Shown: positions 56,807 through 64,000 of the stretch, piece after piece
Position numbering within the stretch: the first letter of the stretch is position 1
Layout of the letters: every line of letters starts with the position of its first letter
Origin: an uncultured Alphaproteobacteria bacterium
GTDB lineage: Bacteria > Pseudomonadota > Alphaproteobacteria > Rhodobacterales > Rhodobacteraceae
Reading direction: 5' to 3'
DNA: 64,000 nt
Assembly: GCA_902537215.1 (NCBI GenBank)
Contig: CACBAM010000001.1
Coordinates: forward strand, 121,100 to 185,099
Notes under the pieces: model-generated
The model's database searches: none
What the model saw: the letters and a program-made list of their open reading frames with translations, nothing else
Told to the model about the DNA's origin: nothing
Translations under genes and position numbers: made by a program

Positions 56807-58849
56807 TTATCTCGCAAATGGATCTTTTTTTATTTCCAATTCTGTTTTTTCAAGCTTTTGTATTTGGTCTCTCAATTTAGCCGCTACTTCAAACTCAAGA
56901 TTTTCTGCGGCCTTAAGCATTTGCGATTTTAAATCCTCCAGATGACTGGATAGATTATGACCAATCCCAGGTGTTTTCTCCAAATCAGCCGTTACTCTAG
57001 CTTGGTCAGTGTCCCCTTTATAGAGACCCTCCAATATATCGTTAACATTTTTCTCGATCGTTTTCGGTGTTATGCTGTTCTCAACGTTGTACTTTTTTTG
57101 TTTATCACGGCGTCTATCAGTTTCGTCTATTGCTTTCTTCATGCTATTCGTGACTGTGTCGGCATACATTAGGACCTTTCCGTCAATATTTCTGGCAGCC
57201 CTTCCAATCGTTTGTATCAATGAGGTTTCAGAACGCAAAAATCCTTCTTTATCGGCATCTAATATTGCAACTAATCCACATTCTGGAATATCTAAACCCT
57301 CTCTTAAAAGATTGATACCCACCAAAACATCAAAAGTGCCTATTCGTAAATCACGAAGAATTTCTAATCTTTCTAAAGTATCTATATCAGAGTGCATGTA
57401 TCTAACTCTAATGCCCTTCTCATGAAGATATTCGGTGAGATCTTCAGCCATTTTTTTTGTCAGTACAGTGCAAAGAGTTCTAAGATTTCTCTCTGTTACT
57501 TTGCTAACTTCTACTATCAAATCATCTATTTGAGAATCAGTAGGTCGAACCTCAATTTCGGGATCAATCAGACCGGTAGGTCTGATAATTTGCTCAGTGA
57601 AAACTCCCTGTGTTTGGTCCAATTCCCAAGCCCCAGGAGTAGCAGATACATAAATTGTGTGGGGCCTCATAGCATCCCACTCTTCAAATTTTAATGGTCT
57701 ATTATCGGTACATGAAGGAAGTCTAAAACCATATTCCGAAAGAGTACTTTTCCTTCTGAAATCTCCTTTAAACATACCACCGAGCTGCGGTATACTTACA
57801 TGGCTTTCATCCGCAAAAACAATTGCATTATCGGGAATATACTCGAAAAGTGTAGGTGGTGGTTCTCCAGGGTTCCTACCTGTGAGATACCTTGAGTAAT
57901 TCTCGATACCATTACACATACCTGTTGCCTCGATCATCTCTAAGTCGAAGTTAGTTCTTTGTTCTAATCTTTGTGCCTCAAGAAGTTTATTTTCATTATT
58001 AAGCTGTTTAAGTCTGATCACTAGCTCTGCTTTTATATTTTTTATTGCCTGCTGTAGAGTCGGTCTAGGTGTCACATAATGCGAATTTGCATAGATTTTT
58101 GCTTGGGATAGTTCCGCAAGCTTTTTTCCGGTTAACGGATCAAATTCAACAATTTTTTCAAGCTCGTCGCCAAAGAACAAAAATCTCCACGCCCGATCTT
58201 CTAAATGAGCAGGCCATACATCTAGCGTGTCACCACGAACTCGAAAGTTCCCTCTTTGAAAATTTTTGTCATTTCTCCGATACTGTTGCTCAACCAAATT
58301 TTTAACTACTTGCCTTTGATTAAAAGTACCTCCTTTATTTAAACTTTGTGTCATAGAGCTATAGGTTTCAACGGAACCTATACCGTAAATACAAGACACG
58401 GATGCGACAATAACTACGTCTTTTCGTTCCAACAGGGATCTTGTCGCTGAGTGTCGCATTCTGTCAATTTGTTCATTTATTTGAGCTTCTTTTTCGATGT
58501 AGGTGTCAGATCTTGGAACATAAGCCTCCGGCTGATAGTAGTCATAATATGAGACAAAATATTCTACAGCATTGTCTGGAAAAAATTTTTGAAATTCACC
58601 AAAAAGTTGACCTGCCAAAGTTTTGTTAGGAGCAAGAATGAGTGCAGGGCGTTGTGTAGCCTCGATAATTTTGGCCATCGTGAAAGTTTTTCCTGTACCT
58701 GTGGCCCCCAGTAAAACTTGGTTCTTCTCGCCTTTCTTTAAACCCTCGACCAACTCGAGGATCGCAGTAGGCTGGTCACCCGCTGGTTTAAAATCCGATA
58801 CAACACTCAAATCATTTTTTTCAATAGTCAACTCATTCATATCGCCCAA
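56807..58849 (-). CDS. uvrB: excinuclease ABC subunit B
   Basis: GATGTGKTFT, DESH, C-terminal UVR domain (AAENLEFEVAAKLRDQI). 680 aa. Confidence 0.95.
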   Translation of the reverse strand: MGDMNELTIEKNDLSVVSDFKPAGDQPTAILELVEGLKKGEKNQVLLGATGTGKTFTMAKIIEATQRPALILAPNKTLAGQLFGEFQKFFPDNAVEYFVSYYDYYQPEAYVPRSDTYIEKEAQINEQIDRMRHSATRSLLERKDVVIVASVSCIYGIGSVETYSSMTQSLNKGGTFNQRQVVKNLVEQQYRRNDKNFQRGNFRVRGDTLDVWPAHLEDRAWRFLFFGDELEKIVEFDPLTGKKLAELSQAKIYANSHYVTPRPTLQQAIKNIKAELVIRLKQLNNENKLLEAQRLEQRTNFDLEMIEATGMCNGIENYSRYLTGRNPGEPPPTLFEYIPDNAIVFADESHVSIPQLGGMFKGDFRRKSTLSEYGFRLPSCTDNRPLKFEEWDAMRPHTIYVSATPGAWELDQTQGVFTEQIIRPTGLIDPEIEVRPTDSQIDDLIVEVSKVTERNLRTLCTVLTKKMAEDLTEYLHEKGIRVRYMHSDIDTLERLEILRDLRIGTFDVLVGINLLREGLDIPECGLVAILDADKEGFLRSETSLIQTIGRAARNIDGKVLMYADTVTNSMKKAIDETDRRRDKQKKYNVENSITPKTIEKNVNDILEGLYKGDTDQARVTADLEKTPGIGHNLSSHLEDLKSQMLKAAENLEFEVAAKLRDQIQKLEKTELEIKKDPFAR

Positions 58850-58955
58850 ACTTTATATAAAATTTTTTATAATTGCTGTGTGATTTTTCTGTTTAAATCT
58901 GCTATTATTAAATATAGTAATATTTTTAAAATTTAAACTGTCTTTTAGGAATTTT

Positions 58956-59267
58956 ATGGTAGCACGAATTTTTAAATCATCTAAGACTGCGATGCAGTCG
59001 GGAACCGGAAATGCAGGCCAGTGGTTTCTAGAGTTTGAGCAAAACGATCATAAATCAATAGATCCAGTTATGAGTTGGATTGGATCAAGCGATACCACCA
59101 GTCAAATAAAATTAAAATTTGAAACGAAGGAAGAGGCAAGACAATATGCGATGAAAAACAAGCTTTTATTTTTCATCGATGAGGGCTCTGAAAAAAAGAT
59201 GAACATCAGAAAAAATGGTTATGGTGACAATTTTGATTACAATAGAAAAAGACCATGGACCCATTAG
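58956..59267 (+). CDS. ETC complex I subunit conserved region protein (NDUFS4-like)
   Basis: ARIFKSSKTAMQSGTGN..WFLEFE..DPVMSWIGSSDT pattern. Confidence 0.8.
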   Translation: MVARIFKSSKTAMQSGTGNAGQWFLEFEQNDHKSIDPVMSWIGSSDTTSQIKLKFETKEEARQYAMKNKLLFFIDEGSEKKMNIRKNGYGDNFDYNRKRPWTH

Positions 59268-59370
59268 TGGCGTCTTGTAAATTGGTAGCCCCTGCAGCCA
59301 GCTTCCCAAACAAATTTGATCAAATTTAAATTTACTACGAACCTTTCATATGATACCTATTGCACGATGT

Positions 59371-59447
59371 GGCCCCGTAGCTCAGCTGGATAGAGCAACT
59401 GACTTCTAATCAGTAGGTCGTACGTTCGAATCGTACCGGGGTCACCA
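59371..59447 (+). tRNA. tRNA-Arg (anticodon UCU)
   Basis: 77-nt cloverleaf. Acceptor GGCCCCG/CGGGGTC, D-arm TAGCTCAGCTGGATAGAGCA, anticodon arm ACTGA-CTTCTAA-TCAGT, T-arm GTACG-TTCGAAT-CGTAC, encoded CCA. Confidence 0.9.
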
Positions 59448-59455
59448 TTTTTGTT

Positions 59456-60403
59456 TTGACTAAAGAAAGTCGCTTAGTGGGTTACCCAGTATATTCTTTT
59501 ATTTTTAAAAATGGTATTATCTTGCTTTGTTTAGCAATGCTAGGTTGGGCCGGCAACACGGTCGCAGGAAGGATGTCAACTGGTGAAATTTCGCCCATGG
59601 TTGTTGTGTTTTTGCGATGGTTTATTATTTCAATTTTTTTAATCTTATTTTTAAATAAGAAATTAATTTTGTCTTTTAATTTAATTAGTGGGAAACTCGT
59701 TTGGCTTTGCTTGATGGGCTCACTTGGGCTTACCGGATTTAATGCATTGTTTTATATAGCTGCTCAGAATACAACAGCAATAAATTTAGGCATTATTCAA
59801 GGCATCATGCCCGCAATAATATTGGTTGGGTCGGTAATTATGTTCAAGGAGGCGGTTAACATAACAAAGGTTACTGGGCTGATAATAGCATTTTTTGGCG
59901 TTCTAGTAGTGGTAAGCCAAGGCGACTATAAGAGAGTGATTTTATTGTCTTTTAATTATGGAGATTTAGTGATGCTATGTGCCTGTTTTTTCTATTCTGG
60001 CTTTACCCTCGGATTGAAAAACAAACCGGTAATTGATCCCATTGTACTCATGACTTATTTCTCATTGAGTGCCTTGATATTTTCTATTCCACTACTGATT
60101 ATAGAATACCATATAGGGCTCATTCAGGTTCCCGCTACAAGTACTGCTTGGCTTACTATACTTTACATCGCTTTTGTCCCCTCATTTTTAGCTCAGATTT
60201 TTTTTATAAGAGGGGTTGAGCTAGTTGGAGCATCTAAAGCAGGGTTATTTATTAATTTTCTACCTATCTTCGCAGCGATCCTCGGAGTGCTTTTGCTAGG
60301 GGAGAGGTTATTCGTGTATCATCTAATCTCATTATTCATTGTTTTGTTAGGTGTTTACCTTTTTATGGTAATTGGGGACAAAGAAAAAAATAAATCGTAT
60401 TAA
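59456..60403 (+). CDS. EamA/DMT family transporter
   Basis: 10-TM profile with GNTVAGR near the N-terminus. TTG start, uncertain. Confidence 0.7.
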   Translation: MTKESRLVGYPVYSFIFKNGIILLCLAMLGWAGNTVAGRMSTGEISPMVVVFLRWFIISIFLILFLNKKLILSFNLISGKLVWLCLMGSLGLTGFNALFYIAAQNTTAINLGIIQGIMPAIILVGSVIMFKEAVNITKVTGLIIAFFGVLVVVSQGDYKRVILLSFNYGDLVMLCACFFYSGFTLGLKNKPVIDPIVLMTYFSLSALIFSIPLLIIEYHIGLIQVPATSTAWLTILYIAFVPSFLAQIFFIRGVELVGASKAGLFINFLPIFAAILGVLLLGERLFVYHLISLFIVLLGVYLFMVIGDKEKNKSY

Positions 60404-60475
60404 AAAAATTGGACTTAATAACTTTGTTGTGGCATCAGATATTATTCGGAACGAAGCTCAAACTATTGTGAAAAA

Positions 60476-61975
60476 ATGCAACTGAATGAAAACAAATACT
60501 TTAGGGATATTTTAGAAAAAGAAAAAAAGTCGGAGTTTGTTATCGCCAACGAACTCCAAAATCCAGAAAGACAGAAGGTATTCACTTTTTCTTTTGAGGA
60601 TATATCACTTGATATAACTAGGCAGCTTATTTCCTCTGAGCAATTTGCTAAACTTAAAATGCTTGGAAAGGCTATAGACATTAAAGATAAAAAAAAGAAG
60701 CTCTTTGAGGGTTCTTTTTTGAATGTTACTGAAAATAGGTTTGTAACCCATTTTCTTGAACGAAATTCAAACTCAGTAGTAGATAAAACCGACAGGTATA
60801 AGTCCTTCATATCTCTTCTAAAACAAAAGAAAATAAAGAATTTGATTAACATAGGAATAGGGGGATCGGACCTTGGCGTAAAAATGGTTTATCATGCACT
60901 AAAGCACGAAAGTAAGGGGCCTTCCCTAATTAACATATCGAATTTAGATTTCACACATCTTGAAAACACTTTAAAAATGAAAGATATCAAAGAAACATTC
61001 TTTATCTTCAATTCCAAGTCATTTTCTACAGAAGAAACATTAGTTAACTTAAGGTTTGTCAAAACTTTGCTCAATAATGAGGGCTTGGATCTCAATGATC
61101 ATATGGTGGCAGTCACATCATTTCCAGAAAAAGCATTGGAAGCCGGTCTTAAGGAGCATGCAATTTTTCACGTGCCGAATGGAGTAGGCGGAAGATTTTC
61201 AATGTGGTCCCATTTTGGTTTAGGCTTAGTTGCGTCTCTTGGTATAGATGTTTACAAACGGCTTCTAGCAGGAGCCTATAAAATGGACAAGCATTTCTTG
61301 GAAGAAAAACTTGAATTAAATTTACCGTACATTCTCGGCATAACAAGAATCTGGAACAGAAACGTTTTGAAGCTACAAAACCTCGCAATTGTTCCTTATG
61401 AGAATGGTCTAAAATTTTTTCCAACTTGGTTTCAGCAAGTGGAAATGGAGAGCAATGGGAAAAGCCTAGATACTCTGGGTAACGAGCTAGAGTTACCTGC
61501 AGCACCTTCAGTTTTCGGGGAAATTGGAACGGAGTCGCAACACAGTTTTTTTCAGTTACTTCATCAAGGCATAGAAAAAATTCCAGTGGAGTTCTTAGTT
61601 CCATTTGAGGGAAGGAATGTAGTTGGTAAAAATAAAAAAGATTTAGGCCCCCATTCAAGGCTAGTTGTAAACGCTATTGCACAAGCAGAAGCGCTCATCA
61701 CGGGAAAACAGACACATAAAGAAAAGTATAGAAATATGACAGGCAATAGGCCGTCTACCTTTATAAGCTGGGATAGAACCAACGCCGAGTCTTTAGGTAA
61801 ACTAGTTTCTCTGTATGAAAATGCAACTATTGTATGTGGCTTGCTATGGGGAATTAATAGTTTTGATCAATGGGGTGTCGAACTAGGAAAAGAGATATCA
61901 AGAAATATTTATACCAGTCAAAATTTGGAAGACTTATCTTACAGCGCGAGGAAAATGTTAAAGGGTATCATTTAA
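60476..61975 (+). CDS. pgi: glucose-6-phosphate isomerase
   Basis: IGIGGSDLG, FNSKSFSTEET, MESNGK, QWGVELGK. Confidence 0.85.
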   Translation: MQLNENKYFRDILEKEKKSEFVIANELQNPERQKVFTFSFEDISLDITRQLISSEQFAKLKMLGKAIDIKDKKKKLFEGSFLNVTENRFVTHFLERNSNSVVDKTDRYKSFISLLKQKKIKNLINIGIGGSDLGVKMVYHALKHESKGPSLINISNLDFTHLENTLKMKDIKETFFIFNSKSFSTEETLVNLRFVKTLLNNEGLDLNDHMVAVTSFPEKALEAGLKEHAIFHVPNGVGGRFSMWSHFGLGLVASLGIDVYKRLLAGAYKMDKHFLEEKLELNLPYILGITRIWNRNVLKLQNLAIVPYENGLKFFPTWFQQVEMESNGKSLDTLGNELELPAAPSVFGEIGTESQHSFFQLLHQGIEKIPVEFLVPFEGRNVVGKNKKDLGPHSRLVVNAIAQAEALITGKQTHKEKYRNMTGNRPSTFISWDRTNAESLGKLVSLYENATIVCGLLWGINSFDQWGVELGKEISRNIYTSQNLEDLSYSARKMLKGII

Positions 61976-62179
61976 ATCTCAATATATTACTTTTTCAAGA
62001 GAGTTTTAAATGCAGTTTCAAATCGTGCTTTATCAATTTGTCTCGACAACCGCAAGTTCATTACTTTATCCTGAATCGAAACGTTTTTTTTAGACAGTGT
62101 GTCATTCATGAGACGTTTTTTGTCTAATCTTTTCTTATCTTCGTCATTTTTCAATTATCTATGTCTTTTAAAAAGTGTC

Positions 62180-62590
62180 TTATGATTTTATAGAGATCTT
62201 CTGGGGAGTTTCTTTTTTTGGCTCTTCCCTGTAAAGATGAATAGATAATAGCCCATCCTTAAACTCAGCTCCGTTGACTCTTACATTTTCAGCTAATCTA
62301 AAGGTTTTAGTAAACGCTCGTTTAGCTATTCCCTTATGAATATATTCATGTTGTGTATCTTTATCAACATTGCCACAAACCACCAATTCACTTGATGTTG
62401 CCTCTATAATTAGATCGTCGGCAGTGAAGCCAGCGAGTGCCAAAACAATTATAAAACTGTTATTTGAAAGCTTTCTAATATCGTATGCAGGATAGGTAGA
62501 CTGTTTTACAGAGGACATGCGTTCAATTTCATCAAAAAGACTGTCGAAGCCTACAAAAGAACTCATATATGGTGATGACAAAAAACTCAT
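62180..62590 (-). CDS. Hsp20/IbpA-type small heat-shock protein
   Basis: Alpha-crystallin domain (YPAYDI...LAGF..DDL.IE......V.G......GIAKRAF...F.L...V..A.F.DGLL.I.L). Confidence 0.85.
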   Translation of the reverse strand: MSFLSSPYMSSFVGFDSLFDEIERMSSVKQSTYPAYDIRKLSNNSFIIVLALAGFTADDLIIEATSSELVVCGNVDKDTQHEYIHKGIAKRAFTKTFRLAENVRVNGAEFKDGLLSIHLYREEPKKETPQKISIKS

Positions 62591-62720
62591 GATTTCGGTA
62601 TTCTCCCTTTTTTAGTTTAATAGTCTGATCAAAATAAGAAATCAATATAGAAATGGAAAACTAATCACTTTTACGGTTTAAACAAGGAGGTTAATAACAG
62701 TTTTTTATCCTCAGCTGAAA

Positions 62721-63464
62721 CTATGCTTTCAAGTACTTAGATAGAGAAATCTGTAATAAGTAGCTTATTAAGCCGAATAAAGTAATCGATAAAATTCCGA
62801 GTGTAAAAAGGCTAGCAAACATTAGGTCAGTTTTTACCCGACCATTTGCTAAAATCATAAGATATCCCAAGCCTTGTGATGACCCAACCCATTCTCCTAT
62901 AACTGCTCCGATCGGTGCATAGACGCAAGCTAGCTTTATTCCGGAACATAAAGAAGGAATGCTATGTGGAATTTTTAAATATAATAGATTTCTTCGGTTT
63001 GTTCCTCTCATTGTCTTTGCGAGGTCAAGATATCGTTTTGGGGTTTGAGAAAGACCATCATGAAATGCTGAAGTAACAGGAAAATAGATAATCAAGATTG
63101 CCATAACGACTTTTGACAAAATACCATAACCAAGCCATAAAGTAAGTAATGGGGCAATTGCAAATACCGGAATAGATTGGCTAAATATCAACAGTGGTCT
63201 AAGTATCAAGCGTGCAGTCACGAATATTTCAAGTGTTAACGCAGTAATCATGCCTAATATTATCCCTATGGTGAGCCCAATTAAGACTTCTACAATTGTC
63301 ACAATTGAATGTTCATAAATAAGCAGTGAGTTTTCTTTAAATGCGGCTAATACAGAGTAAGGTGTTGGAAGTATATAAGGTGGAGGGTTCGCTAACCTTA
63401 CCGCTAATTCCCAAAAAAAGAAAATTGATAAAAAAGTACAGACTATATAAATTATAGCTTTCAT
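62721..63464 (-). CDS. ABC transporter permease (NitT/TauT family)
   Basis: 6-TM BPD_transp_1-type protein with the EAA-like region DLAKTMRGTNRRNLLYLKIP. Confidence 0.8.
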   Translation of the reverse strand: MKAIIYIVCTFLSIFFFWELAVRLANPPPYILPTPYSVLAAFKENSLLIYEHSIVTIVEVLIGLTIGIILGMITALTLEIFVTARLILRPLLIFSQSIPVFAIAPLLTLWLGYGILSKVVMAILIIYFPVTSAFHDGLSQTPKRYLDLAKTMRGTNRRNLLYLKIPHSIPSLCSGIKLACVYAPIGAVIGEWVGSSQGLGYLMILANGRVKTDLMFASLFTLGILSITLFGLISYLLQISLSKYLKA

Positions 63465-63466
63465 GA

Positions 63467-64000
63467 TCAGTTGCTTTTTATTTTTTCTAGTAACGAATAT
63501 TGCAGATCGAAAACCAATTTGTCGGAATATGGTTTAGGAAATGGTGGTTTGAGACTTTTATTGCTTGTTGTCTTTTGCCGGCGAAGAATGTAGATACTTT
63601 CACACAGTCTTGCAGCTTCATGGGGATCATGAGTTACAAACAAAACGGTTTTTCCTTTAAGACTTTCAAATGTCAGATCGATCATCTCTTCTCTGGTCTT
63701 TGAGTCTAATGAACCAAATGGCTCATCTAATAGAACTATAGGTGTATTTTCCATTAACGTTCTTGCGAGAGCAGCTCGTTGACGCTGTCCTCCAGAAAGC
63801 TGAAAGGGATATTTTTTTTTATGATCCATCAAACCAACTTTTTCAATAATTTTCAGTTTTTTTTCTGGTGAGAACTTTTCTCCCCGTAATTTATTACCCA
63901 AAGAAACATTGGCGCTTACTGTCGCCCATGGAATTAATAAATCATTCTGGGCCATGTAGGAAACACGATTTGAAATAGGTAAGTGATCATTACTTTTTAT
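63467..64000 (-). CDS. ABC transporter ATP-binding protein (NitT/TauT family), 5'-truncated by the window edge
   Basis: LSGGQRQRAALARTL, LLDEPFGSLD, VTHD. The reading frame stays open to position 64000, and Walker A must lie beyond the window. Confidence 0.8.
   Translation of the reverse strand: MKSNDHLPISNRVSYMAQNDLLIPWATVSANVSLGNKLRGEKFSPEKKLKIIEKVGLMDHKKKYPFQLSGGQRQRAALARTLMENTPIVLLDEPFGSLDSKTREEMIDLTFESLKGKTVLFVTHDPHEAARLCESIYILRRQKTTSNKSLKPPFPKPYSDKLVFDLQYSLLEKIKSN

Overview
This is a visibly AT-rich, densely coded bacterial chromosome segment. Its core genes fit a streamlined marine alphaproteobacterium, possibly SAR11-like; this is inference only. Those genes include class I lysyl-tRNA synthetase, an NDUFS4-like ETC_C1 protein, mreBCD-mrdA-rodA, nadE, gltX, ettA, uvrB, pgi, kdsA and a multi-subunit Mrp antiporter. 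The left part (1-17.2 kb) mixes transporters, small-molecule enzymes, a class III nucleotide cyclase and a speE polyamine operon flanked by two AdoMetDC-fold paralogues. The stand-out feature lies at 17.27-31.02 kb. An intact tRNA-Gln(UUG) (30945..31019, minus strand) is followed by seven further copies or remnants of its 3' 49 nt. Six of these are fused to a conserved ~120-nt non-coding arm carrying direct GTTRTCA heptamers; the seventh is truncated before the arm. These units divide a 13.7-kb island into seven cassettes of 1-3 genes in mixed orientation. The cargo is otsBA trehalose synthesis, two FG-GAP/VCBS secreted proteins, a hotdog thioesterase, two methyltransferases, and a DEAD-box helicase with DUF924 and an unknown protein. 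No integrase, transposase or phage gene is present anywhere in the window. I interpret this as a tRNA-targeted cassette-accretion locus whose cassettes are mobilised in trans: integron-like in outcome, tRNA-island or tycheposon-like in mechanism. The right half (31-64 kb) is ordinary conserved housekeeping plus an unusually organised Mrp cluster. No rRNA, CRISPR array, prophage or recognisable defence system was seen.
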